NCBI GenBank assembly: GCA_016213845.1
Contig: JACQZN010000082.1
Span: 32,431-96,430 of the forward strand
Length of the DNA stretch: 64,000 nt
Source: Candidatus Wallbacteria bacterium
GTDB lineage: Bacteria; Muiribacteriota; UBA6191; JACPRK01
Reading direction: 5' to 3'
In this document: positions 17,895-27,577 of the stretch, in pieces
Layout of the letters: every line of letters starts with the position of its first letter
How positions within the stretch are numbered: position 1 is the first letter of the stretch
Notes under the pieces: generated by a model
Seen by the model: only the letters and a program-made list of their open reading frames with translations
Told to the model about the DNA's origin: nothing
Database searches by the model: none
Program-made: the position numbers and the translations under genes

Positions 17895-19064
17895 GTGGGG
17901 TTGGAGAAGCGCGACGTGCACCCATCGACGGATGGAGTTGGAAATGCCAGGCCGCGAATCCTGGTAGTGGACGACGATCCCGGCGTCCGGATGGTCCTGC
18001 GCGCTTACCTCGAAAACACCTATGAAGTAGTCGAGGCCGAAGAAGGGCAGCAGGCGCTGGACCTGATGCTGCAGCAATCGATGGACCTGGTGCTGCTGGA
18101 CGTCAAGATGCCGGGCATGTCCGGCTACGACCTGTGCCGGATGCTGAAGGGGCGTACGGCAGAGGAGTTTCTGCCGGTGCTGCTGCTGTCGGCGCTCGAT
18201 CAGCAAGAGAGCCGCAATGAGGGGCTTTCGGCCGGGGCCGACGACTTCCTCTCCAAGCCCGTCGATCGCCGGGAGCTCCTGCTGCGGGTGGCTGCGTTTC
18301 TGAAGATCCGGGAGCAGGCCGGACTCATCCGCAAGCAGCTGGCCGACCTGAAGCGGGTCCAGTATCTCAAGGACTACCTGTTCAAGCTGATCGTGCACGA
18401 CTTGCGGAACCCGCTGGCGAGCGTGGAAGGGTTCCTCAAGTTGCTGAAGGACGAACTGCCGGCCGGCTTCGAGCGGGAGCTGGGGAACTACCTGGATCGG
18501 GCGCTGGAGGGCACCGCGGATCTTTCGGAGATCCTGGAGGGCGTGGCCGAGGTCTACGTACTGGAAGAGGGCAAGAGGGCCCTGGCGCCGGAAGAGGTCC
18601 CGGTCAAGCTGATCCTCAACGAGGCGTCGCAGGCGATGGCCGGGGCCGCCGAACGGGTCGGGGCCGAGATACGGGTGGCGGTGGAAGGCGATCCCGTGTT
18701 GATGGTGGACCGGAAGCTGGCCCGGCGGTGCGTGGAGAACCTGATGGACAACGCGCTCACCTATTCCTGCGCGGATGATGCCGTGCTGGTGTTGGCGCGT
18801 CCCGAGGAGCGGGGGGCGGTGATTGAAGTGCTCGACAGGGGGCCCGGCATACCCGACGAACTGAAGGGATCGCTCTTCGAGAAGTTCGGATCGGTGGAGG
18901 GCTGGATGACCGCATCGAGACGCGGGGTCGGCCTGGGGCTGCACCTGGTGAAGCTGGTTGTGAGCGCGCACAACGGCACGGTCTCGGTGCACGACAGGGA
19001 GGGTGGGGGCAGCATCTTCCGGCTCTGGTTCCCGGGACCGGGCGGGGTTGGGAGTAGTCAGTAG
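17895..19064 (+). CDS. Hybrid response-regulator/histidine kinase (REC-HisKA-HATPase_c)
   Basis: GTG start. Receiver motifs ILVVDDDP..LVLLDVKMPGMSGY are present. The H-box is IVHDLRNPL. The G-boxes are LDRGPGIPDE and GVGLGLHLVK. It is divergent (65 bp) from the Ser/Thr kinase gene. Confidence 0.8.
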   Translation: MGLEKRDVHPSTDGVGNARPRILVVDDDPGVRMVLRAYLENTYEVVEAEEGQQALDLMLQQSMDLVLLDVKMPGMSGYDLCRMLKGRTAEEFLPVLLLSALDQQESRNEGLSAGADDFLSKPVDRRELLLRVAAFLKIREQAGLIRKQLADLKRVQYLKDYLFKLIVHDLRNPLASVEGFLKLLKDELPAGFERELGNYLDRALEGTADLSEILEGVAEVYVLEEGKRALAPEEVPVKLILNEASQAMAGAAERVGAEIRVAVEGDPVLMVDRKLARRCVENLMDNALTYSCADDAVLVLARPEERGAVIEVLDRGPGIPDELKGSLFEKFGSVEGWMTASRRGVGLGLHLVKLVVSAHNGTVSVHDREGGGSIFRLWFPGPGGVGSSQ

Positions 19065-19086
19065 CCAGTAGACAGTAGCCAGTAGG
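19051..19086. repeat. GTAGYCAGTAG repeat module overlapping the 3' end of the histidine kinase gene
   Basis: GAGTAGTCAGTAGCCAGTAGACAGTAGCCAGTAGG. The last four kinase codons (GSSQ-stop) are encoded by the repeat. Confidence 0.7.
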
Positions 19087-19219
19087 GGCGGGGGGGCCGC
19101 CTTCGGAGCTGGCCGGTGCTCATGCTGGGCGTGCCGCCAACGGATTCCGCTCATCCTGAGCTTGTCGAAGGATGCCCCTCCAGGCGTGTTCCGTATCGAT
19201 TCTCGATTCTCGAGAATGG

Positions 19220-19252
19220 AAAAACCCCCGGGGCTCTTGCGAGTCCCGGGGG
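19220..19252 (-). terminator. Rho-independent terminator of the SLH-porin gene
   Basis: Stem GGGACUCGC/AAGAGCCCC (CCCCCGGGGCTC-ttgc-GAGTCCCGGGGG on top strand), followed by U5 on the minus strand. Confidence 0.6.
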
Positions 19253-19282
19253 AGACAGTAGCGGTCCTTCAGGAGGACGAGA

Positions 19283-20992
19283 CTAGAAGCGAACCTTGTA
19301 GTTGAGCTGGACCAGATCGTCGTCGACGTCCACGTTGTTCGTGGCGCCAGCGACGATGGCTCCGGCGGCATTGCGGACGCCGCCGCGGGCCTTGGTCTCG
19401 GGGGTCGAGTACTCCAGCTGCAGCATGCTGTTGGAGCTGACGTGGTGGTTCCACCCGACGGTCAGCACCTTGCCGGTGATCTCGGCGACGCCGAACTCGT
19501 CGCTCAGGTCCTCGTAGCGGACCGAAGCGTTGTTGTCGTCGCTGAACCGGTAGTTGACGAGCAGGCTGTAGGCGCGGCTCTCGACGCTGGGGTAGGACTC
19601 GGTAGCGAGGAGGGCCGGGTAGAGGCCGGCGGAGTAGCCGGCGGCGCCGAAGCCGACGCGAGCGGCGCCGACGGTGGCGGTGGCGCTGTCATTGGTGGCC
19701 TGGAAGTAGCTTCCCATGAAGCCCCAGTCCTCCCAGCCCCACCAGCCGGCGTTGAACTGCACGCCCTGCCAGGAGTTGCTGGCGACGGCGTCGGTGCGCA
19801 GGTCGGAGCCGCTGGTGAAGTAGCCGGCATCCCACCGGAAGCCGCCGTTGTACTTGTCGCCGGCCCAGGCGAAGGCGCCGATGCTGTCCTGGATCGCCGC
19901 GCCGGTGCCGTTGTTGTCGATGCTCTGGGGGCTGTCGCCGTAGACGGCCCTGCCGAGCGCGGCCGCGCCGCCCGAGAGCTGCCGCCAGGCCAGGAGTGAA
20001 CCGTCACGAGTGCTGCCGACGAACGGCGAGCTCGTGGCGCCGACCTGCCACTGGAAGCAGGAGTCCTTGGGCTGCCAGAGCGACGCGCCGACGTTGCGCA
20101 CGGCTTCCCAGGTTGCATCCTGGAAGGACGGGCTGATCGTCAGATCGAGCGACCTGGAGCCGAACCGGAGCTGGTTGGGGTAGTCGACCATCTCGGGATT
20201 GCGCTCCCGGGAGAAGGGAAGGGCGAACGTACCGACCTTGACGCGGACGTCGCCGTCGAGCAGCCAGCGCTCCATGTCGACGTAGGCCTCGTTGATCTGG
20301 ACGTTGTTGCCGCTGGCGAAGGCGCTGTCCTGGTCGGCGTCGAAGTCCATCTGGAGGTGCAGGTAGTAGTCGTCGTCGAAGTGCCGATCGAAGCTGACCG
20401 AGGTCTGCGCCATGTTGAAGAAGGTGCGGTCGGAGCCCTTGCCGGCGCCGCCATTCGGCACGCGGCCGATGTAGCGCTGGATGGGGCCCGTGGCGGCCGG
20501 AGCCGCGCCGCGGCCCTGGGCGCCCGTGGGGTCCTCACCGGTCATCACCAGGCGGCCTTGCAGCAACCCGCTGATCCCGGCCTTGGCGCCGCCGGCGGCG
20601 TAGTCCTTCTTGAGGCCGTCGACGTCCTTCTTCATGTCGGCCAGGCCTTCTTCGAGGCTGGAGACCTTCACGTTGAGGAGCGCCAGCTCGTCGGCGAACT
20701 CGATCACGAGCGCCTCGAGGTTCTGGATGTCCTTCTTGCTGTGCTTGCCGCCGCCCGAACCCATCTTGTCGAGCATCCGGGCGACGATGACGGCCATCTG
20801 GTAGCGCGTCACGGTCTTGCCGCCGCCGAACTTGCTGTCGTGCGTCGACATGATTCCGGCCTCGAGCGAGCGCTCGACGGCCTTGTAGGCCCAGTGGTCC
20901 TTCGGGACGTCCGAGAACGGGTTCGCCGCGAAGGCCGGTGTCGCCATCGACATGGCGAAGGCGACGATCATGGATTTGGTAAACCGCTTCAT
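19283..20992 (-). CDS. SLH-domain outer-membrane beta-barrel porin (OmpM/Slp/SomA-like)
   Basis: Start MKRFTKSM with GGAGG 7 nt upstream. The signal peptide is followed by an SLH domain (FSDVPKDHWAYKAVERSLEAGIM..TRYQMAVIVARML) and a coiled-coil. A roughly 350-aa barrel with alternating hydrophobic pattern ends in C-terminal Phe (LNYKVRF). Confidence 0.8.
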   Translation of the reverse strand: MKRFTKSMIVAFAMSMATPAFAANPFSDVPKDHWAYKAVERSLEAGIMSTHDSKFGGGKTVTRYQMAVIVARMLDKMGSGGGKHSKKDIQNLEALVIEFADELALLNVKVSSLEEGLADMKKDVDGLKKDYAAGGAKAGISGLLQGRLVMTGEDPTGAQGRGAAPAATGPIQRYIGRVPNGGAGKGSDRTFFNMAQTSVSFDRHFDDDYYLHLQMDFDADQDSAFASGNNVQINEAYVDMERWLLDGDVRVKVGTFALPFSRERNPEMVDYPNQLRFGSRSLDLTISPSFQDATWEAVRNVGASLWQPKDSCFQWQVGATSSPFVGSTRDGSLLAWRQLSGGAAALGRAVYGDSPQSIDNNGTGAAIQDSIGAFAWAGDKYNGGFRWDAGYFTSGSDLRTDAVASNSWQGVQFNAGWWGWEDWGFMGSYFQATNDSATATVGAARVGFGAAGYSAGLYPALLATESYPSVESRAYSLLVNYRFSDDNNASVRYEDLSDEFGVAEITGKVLTVGWNHHVSSNSMLQLEYSTPETKARGGVRNAAGAIVAGATNNVDVDDDLVQLNYKVRF

Positions 20993-21446
20993 CAAATTTC
21001 CTCCGTTGAGTGGCAAGCCCCTGGTCACGGAGTCGGCGGCGAAGTGTCCACGTTTCCTTCGGTCGCTTCGTCCTTCGAGAGGCTGGCGTTCATCATCGAT
21101 TGAGATTCCCGTGTGGTTTCCCTGGTTGGCTCCTGCCGGATTCATTGCTCACACCTCCTTTCACCGGCCGAATCGGATGGACCGACCCGGGTCGACGGCC
21201 CGGACCACGCGCAGTGAGTGCCATGGCCCTGTTGCCGTCGTGGGGTTCATTAATGAGGCTTGGCCCCCGCGTCAAAGCAGCGGCCAATCGAGCCAGTTCC
21301 GCGCCCCATGGAGGGCCCGGCCGCAAGCGGCATCGCCACGGGCACGACGCCGCGGACGGCACAAATCCGGCCGTTCGCGATGCGACCGCGTCTTCCCGGA
21401 TCGCCCCCGCGCCCCCCGGTTTTGATCGATTCCCCCCGAGGTTGGG

Positions 21447-22217
21447 TCAGGGGGCGGCGAAGTACCCGTCAGCGCCTTCGAGAACGCTCGAGATGAAGGA
21501 CCAGACCTCGTTCTCGACCCGCTCCCGCTCGAAGTCGAGTGTGATGACGTGGTAGCTGTTCTCGAGCACCAACTTCTTCTTGGACTTCGAGGCGGACTCC
21601 TCGATCAGGATCTGAGCGTCCTCCACGGGAACCGTGTGGTCGTCCTTCGCGTGGATGACCAGGAGCGGGCAGTCGACCTCGGGGAGATCCTCCCGGACGT
21701 GCCGGTTGAGACGCACCAGCTCATGGACGCCCCAGGTCGGCCAGACGTCGTAGCCGGTGAAGCTCCCCTTGGCATTCGGGTCCTTGATGTCCTCGCCCCC
21801 GCGCTTCGGATCGAACGGCATCACGTGCTTGACGAAACCAACGAAGGGGACACGCCAGTCCTTGGGGCGAAGGCCCGTGGCCAGGGTCGCGACGCCGTCC
21901 AGCGGATGGTGCGCCGCCAGGTGCAGGGCCAGCGCCCCGCCCATCGAGAGCCCCGAAGCGAAGACCCGGCCGCAATCTTTGCGCAGCTCCTCGAGGGAAT
22001 CGCGAACCGTTTGGTACCACTCCTGCCACGTCACCTTGTTCAGCTCTGCCGGCTCCGACGCGTGCCCGGGCAAGAGCGGAGCCAGTACGGTCATGCCCCG
22101 AGCATTCAGGAACTCGCCCAGCGGACGCATGTCGGCCGGCGAACCTGTGAATCCGTGGATCAAGAGGATTCCAGCGTCTCCCCCCGGGAGCCGGAATGGC
22201 TGTTGCTGCGGCAGCAC
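21447..22217 (-). CDS. Alpha/beta-hydrolase fold carboxylesterase (Est/YvaK-like)
   Basis: GxSxG nucleophile elbow GLSMGG, HGFTGSPADMRPLGEFL N-terminus, catalytic His near the C-terminus. Confidence 0.75.
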   Translation of the reverse strand: MLPQQQPFRLPGGDAGILLIHGFTGSPADMRPLGEFLNARGMTVLAPLLPGHASEPAELNKVTWQEWYQTVRDSLEELRKDCGRVFASGLSMGGALALHLAAHHPLDGVATLATGLRPKDWRVPFVGFVKHVMPFDPKRGGEDIKDPNAKGSFTGYDVWPTWGVHELVRLNRHVREDLPEVDCPLLVIHAKDDHTVPVEDAQILIEESASKSKKKLVLENSYHVITLDFERERVENEVWSFISSVLEGADGYFAAP

Positions 22218-22245
22218 GGCCGCGACTCTAGCATGGGATGGGAGA

Positions 22246-22460
22246 ATCGAGAATCGAGAATTGAGAATCGAGAATCGAGGAGTGAGAAGGGGGCGTCCTT
22301 CGACACGACCGCTTCGCGGTCTGCTCAGGATGAGCGGGGCTTCGACACGACCGCTTCGCGGTCTGCTCAGGATGACCCTTCGACAAGCTCAGGATGAGCG
22401 GGGCAGACGGGAGGTCGTGTCCCTGTTCCCTACTGGCTACTGACTACTGGCTACTCTCTT
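22246..22460. repeat. Divergent-promoter region packed with repeats: (GAGAATCGA)n, a 43-bp tandem duplicate with two small hairpins, CCTTCGACAAGCTCAGGATGAGCGG, reverse GTAGCCAGTAG and reverse GGAAGATGG modules
   Basis: Direct reading. The 43-bp unit cttcgacacgaccgcttcgcggtctgctcaggatgagcggggc is present twice in tandem. The GACCGC-ttc-GCGGTC palindrome lies inside each unit. Confidence 0.8.
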
Positions 22461-22591
22461 CCATCTTCCGCACCGCGGCCGCGCTGCTATGATGCTCCGG
22501 TGGCAGGCCGGGGCAGGCCTCGCCGCGCGGGCTAGATTCAGATGCGAAGGCTCCACCGGGTAGATTCACTCCTCCGAAAGGGGCGCAGGCC

Positions 22592-23359
22592 ATGTCGATG
22601 ATCCGGGTCGAGGCGCTCTCGAAGTCGTTCGCGGGTCGGCCAGCGGTCGACGGGCTCGAGTTCGAGGTCGGCCCGGGCGAGATCTTCGGGTACCTGGGGC
22701 CCAACGGGGCCGGCAAGACGACGACCCAGCGCCTGCTGATGGGGTTGCTCAGGCCGACGGGCGGCCGGGCATCCATCGGAGGGTTCGACATCGTCGAGCG
22801 CTCTCTCGACGTGCGGCGGATCACCGGGTTCATGCCCGACACGCCGTTCCTCTACGAGTTCATGACGGCCCGGCAGTTCCTCGGCTTCGTCGCGGAGGTC
22901 CACGAGCTGTCGCCGCGCGAGGCGGTCGGCGCCGTCGTGCCGCTGCTGGAGCGCTTCGAGCTGGCGGGGCGCCTCGACAGCCGGCTCTCCGGCTATTCGT
23001 GGGGAATGACCAAGAAGCTGACGCTGGCCGCGCTCTTGGTCGCCCGGCCGAAGGTGCTGCTGCTGGACGAGCCGACCACCGGCATGGACCCTCGCAGCGT
23101 GCGGGTCATGAAGGACCTCATCCGAGACCTGGCCCAGTCGGGCTCGACGGTGCTGCTCTCGACCCACACGCTCTCCGTGGCCGAGGAGCTCTGCCATCGC
23201 GTGGCGATCCTGCGGCAGGGGCGCATCATTGCCGTCGGCACACCCGCCGAGCTTCGGACCCGGGCGGGCGCGGCCGGCCGCGACCTGGAATCCGTATTCC
23301 TCCAGCTGACGGCCGAAGAGAGCTCGGCGGCCGGGGCGCCGGTTCTCGCGGGCAAGTGA
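22592..23359 (+). CDS. ABC transporter ATP-binding protein (ABC-2 type)
   Basis: Walker A GPNGAGKTT, a variant signature LSGYSWGMTKK, Walker B LLLDEPTTGMD, and an H-loop. Confidence 0.85.
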   Translation: MSMIRVEALSKSFAGRPAVDGLEFEVGPGEIFGYLGPNGAGKTTTQRLLMGLLRPTGGRASIGGFDIVERSLDVRRITGFMPDTPFLYEFMTARQFLGFVAEVHELSPREAVGAVVPLLERFELAGRLDSRLSGYSWGMTKKLTLAALLVARPKVLLLDEPTTGMDPRSVRVMKDLIRDLAQSGSTVLLSTHTLSVAEELCHRVAILRQGRIIAVGTPAELRTRAGAAGRDLESVFLQLTAEESSAAGAPVLAGK

Positions 23360-23360
23360 G

Positions 23361-25655
23361 ATGAGCGCCGTCCGCCTGGCCTGGGTCCGGCTGGCCGACG
23401 CCTGGGTGCGCATGATCGCCAGTTCTCGCCCCTGGGTCCTGGCGGCGTACAGCGTCTTCTTGCCGGCCTTCTGGATAGGCTGCATGCGGCTGGCGCCCGA
23501 GCTGTACGCGGCGCTCGAGGCTTACGACGGCCGGTTCCTGGCGCCGTTCCTGGCGGCGCTGGCGCCGTGCCTGTGGCTGCTCCTGTTCTCGCAGCGCATC
23601 TACCAGATGCCCAGCCGCACGGGGGCGTGGCTCACGCACGACTTTCACTTCCTCCTCGGGATGCCACTTCCGCTGGGCCGGGTGATGCTGGCGGCGGCGG
23701 CCGTCTGGACGCTGGGGGACTTGCCGGTCATCCTGAGCGCAGCTGCTTTGATGGCCGGGTTCCTGAAAGCGATCCGGGCTACCGCCGCTCTGGGGCTGGT
23801 GGTTGCCGTCCTTGCCCTCTGGATGGTCGGGGCGGTCTTCCTGGCCCTCGGCGTGGGGCGTCTACTGTTCCACCGCTTCCACGAGCCGCGCCACCGGCTG
23901 GCGATGGCGGTTCTGGCGTCCCTTGCTGCCTTGCTGGTCTGGTCGGGGGCGGGCGAGGGGCCCGCGATCGATCGCCCTGAGCTTGCGCTGGCCTGGCTCG
24001 AGCGCCCGGTGCCGGCGACGGAGCCGACGCTGCTGGAGAGAACCGTCGTCTCCCTGGAGCCGCTGCTGACGACGCTCGAGCGGCTCAGGCCTCTTGCGCA
24101 GGTGTTTCCGCCGTACCAGCTCTACCTGGGTGCCGAGCGGATCGCCCGCGGCGACGCGGTCGGGTGGTGGAGGCTGCTGGCGGTGGCGGCCTTGCTGGGC
24201 GTCGTGACGCTCGGATTGCTGGCGCTCCTGGAGCCCTTCTCGCGGCGCGACTGGCTCGCATTGACCTGCCCGTCGCCGGAGGATTCGGAAGATGCGTCGG
24301 GTCGAATAGAAGTATTCTCGGACCGCCGAGTTACGGGGCTCGACGCCAAGGAGCTCGCCCTCTGGGGCCACTTCTGGGCGGGTCCGCTGGCGCTGGCGGC
24401 GGCCACCGGCTGGACCACCTGGTACCTCCTGGACAAGGGGTACTCCGTGCTGGCGGCGGCCAAGCTCCTGGGGATGGCCACCTGGATGGTCGGTAGCCTG
24501 GCGGGCGACTCGCTCTCCTGGGAGCGGCGCGGGTTGACTCTCTGTCAACTCCTGCCGCTGACACCGGGGCAGATCCTGGCGGCGAAGGCCCGGTGGGCCG
24601 CGCTGGTGGGCGTGGCCAGCCTGGTCGTCCCGTTTGCGCTGGTCGGAATCCTGGCCGACGCGGAGCCGTTCGCGGAGCTGGTCCGTGGCGTGCTCGTGCT
24701 GACCTTCCTCGTCTTCACGGCGGCCTTCGCAGGGGTCGCGATCGGGGCGCTTCTGCGCGACCTCTCGGGCCAGGGACAGCCTGGCATGGGGCCGCTTCTC
24801 GGCGCGCTGATGTGGCTCGGGCTCTGCGCGGCAATGGTGGCGCAGGTCTTCTTCACCAGCGGCTACGCCATCTTCGGAGGCCTCTTCTTCGACCTGCTGC
24901 TGGTGCTGGCCCTCTGGCAGCGCGCGTGCGTCCAGCTGGCGCACCAGCATGAGCTCGAGGAAGTCGCCAATGACCAGACCACCTTCGCCGATTCCGTCGT
25001 GGTCTTCCTTTTCGCCTATCTGCTGGTCGCCGTCGTCGCGCTGAAAGCGCAGGCGATGGGGGCCGGCACGGCGGCGGTCAACGCGCTGCGCGCCTACCTG
25101 CTGACGGCGCTCTTCCCGGTCGTGCTGGCCGGGCTCACGTGGGTCCACCTGCGCGTCCTGCGGGCACCGCTCGAGCAACCTGCGCCCGGGGGGCGCTGGA
25201 AGGACGTGGCGCTGGCCCTCGGACTCGCCGGATGCACCGTCTCTCTTTCGCTAGCCTACAGCTGGGCCGTGGCGCGCCTGGGTTGGGTCCGCACGTCGGA
25301 TCTCTCGGCCGGCGTCCAGCTGCTTCGCGGCCTGCTGAAGGACCTGCCGATGGCCCCGCTGCTGGTCTTCGGGCTGATGGGCGTGCTGGCGCCGCTGGCC
25401 GAGGAAGGCTTCTTCCGCGGGCTGTTCTACCAGGGCATCCGCCGGCTGCAACCGCACGACTACCGCATCGCCGTGCTCGCCAGCGCGCTGGCCTTCGGCC
25501 TGCTGCATCCCGCGGTCCACTTCCCCGTGCTCTTCGCCATGGGCACTGCGCTGGCCCTGCTCGTCGAGTGGCGAGGGTCGCTCTTCCCGGCGATGCTGGC
25601 GCATGCGCTCCACAACTCGGCGATGGTCCTCCTCTACCTGCGAGGGGGCTCCTGA
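23361..25655 (+). CDS. Polytopic membrane protein (about 12-14 TM) with a C-terminal CPBP/CAAX-protease (Abi) domain
   Basis: It starts 2 nt after the ABC ATPase stop. The hydrophobicity pattern runs through the whole 764 aa. The C-terminus carries all three CPBP motifs: LAEEGFFRG (EExxxR), FGLLHP (FxxxH) and HALHNS (HxxxN). Confidence 0.75.
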   Translation: MSAVRLAWVRLADAWVRMIASSRPWVLAAYSVFLPAFWIGCMRLAPELYAALEAYDGRFLAPFLAALAPCLWLLLFSQRIYQMPSRTGAWLTHDFHFLLGMPLPLGRVMLAAAAVWTLGDLPVILSAAALMAGFLKAIRATAALGLVVAVLALWMVGAVFLALGVGRLLFHRFHEPRHRLAMAVLASLAALLVWSGAGEGPAIDRPELALAWLERPVPATEPTLLERTVVSLEPLLTTLERLRPLAQVFPPYQLYLGAERIARGDAVGWWRLLAVAALLGVVTLGLLALLEPFSRRDWLALTCPSPEDSEDASGRIEVFSDRRVTGLDAKELALWGHFWAGPLALAAATGWTTWYLLDKGYSVLAAAKLLGMATWMVGSLAGDSLSWERRGLTLCQLLPLTPGQILAAKARWAALVGVASLVVPFALVGILADAEPFAELVRGVLVLTFLVFTAAFAGVAIGALLRDLSGQGQPGMGPLLGALMWLGLCAAMVAQVFFTSGYAIFGGLFFDLLLVLALWQRACVQLAHQHELEEVANDQTTFADSVVVFLFAYLLVAVVALKAQAMGAGTAAVNALRAYLLTALFPVVLAGLTWVHLRVLRAPLEQPAPGGRWKDVALALGLAGCTVSLSLAYSWAVARLGWVRTSDLSAGVQLLRGLLKDLPMAPLLVFGLMGVLAPLAEEGFFRGLFYQGIRRLQPHDYRIAVLASALAFGLLHPAVHFPVLFAMGTALALLVEWRGSLFPAMLAHALHNSAMVLLYLRGGS

Positions 25656-27577
25656 TGCGCGCCCGGACGCGCCGCCGCGCCCTGGCCCTGGGCGCTGCGC
25701 TCTGGCTGGCCTGGGGACCGGCGGCAGTGGCCTCGGAGTCGTCTCGCCGCTACGCCGTCCAGCAGAGCCTGGCCGCCGGTCGCTTCGCCTCGGCAGCCAC
25801 GGCAGTCTTGGACGAGGGCGCCGCGCCGCTGCCCTGGCTCAGACGCCAGCTCTTCGACATCGCCAGCGCGCGCGCTCCCGCCGATCCGCTCGTCCTCAGG
25901 CTGCGCGAGCCCGGTGCCCTGGGCAGGCCCGTGGCCACGCTGCTGCCCCAGCCCGACCGCTCCACGCCCTCCGTCGTGGAGATGGCCGGTGCCTGGGCCC
26001 TGCAGCCCGACTCGCCCCAGGCGCGCGAGCGGCTTGCGTGGTGGCTGGAACTGGCCGACAACCATCAGTTCGAGCTGGCAGTGGAGCTGCCGCTGGCGTC
26101 GGCGCGCAAGCCGACGCTGCAAGAGACCCGAGCGATGCTTTGGCTCCTTTCCGCGCGCCTGGAGGCCCTCGAGCGCCGCGACTCCGCGGATTTCGAGCGC
26201 TGCCTGGCCCGCGCCGCCCGCGAAGGCGCGCCGCTGCCGGCCGCCTGGTTCGAACTGGCAGGCGCTGGCCCTGCCTTCACGACGCATCTGGAGCGCGCCA
26301 GGGAGGCCTTGCGCGCCGGGGACCGAGGGCCGGCACGGTCTCTCTTCCGCGAAGCTTGCGAGGCCAGCTGCCGCGCCCGCGACAGCGCCCGGCCCGTCAC
26401 CGCGCTGGTCCGCGAGGCCCGGGCCGAGTTCCCCGGCGACGAATGGTTCGTCGCCTTCGAGGCCGCGCTCTACTGGCGGGCCGGCCGCGCCATGCCCCAG
26501 CGCGCCCGGTGGTGGACACTCGCCGCCGCGGCGGCTTTGGCCCGGGGCGAGGGCACCGAAGCGGCCAGACGATTGCGCGCCGGGCGGGGACTGCTCGAGG
26601 CGCTGGCCCCGGGCCGCGAGGACTGGACCCCCTGGATCTGGGCCGCCGAGCGGCTTATCCAGGGGCCGGCGCCGCTGCCCGCCAAGACACAGTCCCTTCT
26701 CGAGCTGCCTCCGGGCCGGTCTCTGGCCTACATCCTCCCTGACGAGGCCTTCAACTACGCGATGGCCCAGCGTTGGCTGGAAAGGGCCCGCGAGCTGGGC
26801 GACCCCAGGCTGGTCCTGCGCATGCAGATCGACCCCGATCGCCCCGGCGAGGGCCCCCTGGTTTTCGCCGAGGAGCTCGTCCGGCGCGGCAAGTTTCTCG
26901 ACGCCGCCGAGACGCTCGCCTCGGTGCCTTACCTCTTCAGCGAGGCCGCGGGCGCGGAGGTCCGAGAGCGTGCCGAGGCGTGCGAATCGGCCGCGCAGAA
27001 GGGCATCCCGACTCTCCTCGGGCCCGGCCGGGAGGAGCTTGCCCGGCTGTATGTAGCGATGCTGCTAGCGACGCGCCGCTGGCAGGAAGCGCACGCTGCG
27101 CTCGCCGCACTGGTCGCGCAGTTGCCGCAGGACGCGACCGCCGCCGGGGGCAGTCGTCCGGCGCCGGAAGGGGACCAGGCTTCCGCCGAGAATCCGCCCG
27201 ACGGTCTCGAAGCGGACTCACGAGATCCGGTGCCGGGCGCGCTGCGACTGCTGGCCCGGAGCCGTTACACGCAGCTGCTCGCCCGGCTCGACGCCCTCTC
27301 GAACCGGCCGGCCGCCGCAACAGGCGGGACGGGTGCCACCGGAGGCCCGGACCTGCCTGCGTCCCCGCTTCTCGGCCTCAAGCGGGCTCCCGGTGAGGCA
27401 AAGACGACGCCGGATTCGCCCTACGGAGGCGCCATGGGGCCGGCCGAGCGGCGGTCCTTCCGGCTCGGCATCGTCGCCGTGCTGCTGGCGGCCTGGACGC
27501 GCCTGCACCTGTACCTGTTGGCCATTTTCCTCCCCGGGGGCGCTTTCTTCCGCTGGTTGCGCGCGCGACGGCCGTGA
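25655..27577 (+). CDS. Secreted Ala/Leu/Arg-rich alpha-helical (TPR-like) protein with a C-terminal TM anchor
   Basis: The ATG overlaps the upstream stop (TGATG). The signal peptide is MRARTRRRALALGAALWLAWGPAAVASE. The C-terminal hydrophobic segment is LGIVAVLLAAWTRLHLYLLAIFLPG. No catalytic motif was recognised. Confidence 0.55.
   Translation: MRARTRRRALALGAALWLAWGPAAVASESSRRYAVQQSLAAGRFASAATAVLDEGAAPLPWLRRQLFDIASARAPADPLVLRLREPGALGRPVATLLPQPDRSTPSVVEMAGAWALQPDSPQARERLAWWLELADNHQFELAVELPLASARKPTLQETRAMLWLLSARLEALERRDSADFERCLARAAREGAPLPAAWFELAGAGPAFTTHLERAREALRAGDRGPARSLFREACEASCRARDSARPVTALVREARAEFPGDEWFVAFEAALYWRAGRAMPQRARWWTLAAAAALARGEGTEAARRLRAGRGLLEALAPGREDWTPWIWAAERLIQGPAPLPAKTQSLLELPPGRSLAYILPDEAFNYAMAQRWLERARELGDPRLVLRMQIDPDRPGEGPLVFAEELVRRGKFLDAAETLASVPYLFSEAAGAEVRERAEACESAAQKGIPTLLGPGREELARLYVAMLLATRRWQEAHAALAALVAQLPQDATAAGGSRPAPEGDQASAENPPDGLEADSRDPVPGALRLLARSRYTQLLARLDALSNRPAAATGGTGATGGPDLPASPLLGLKRAPGEAKTTPDSPYGGAMGPAERRSFRLGIVAVLLAAWTRLHLYLLAIFLPGGAFFRWLRARRP

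Noticed and set aside
20993-21145. Longer SLH-porin start at 21145
   Set aside because: The extension has no signal-peptide character. MKRFTKSM at 20992 gives a standard signal peptide and has GGAGG 7 nt upstream.
25139-25654. Upstream start at 25139 for the periplasmic TPR-like protein
   Set aside because: That frame overlaps the 3' end of the CPBP-fusion gene. A clean signal peptide begins at the ATG at 25655, which overlaps the upstream stop.
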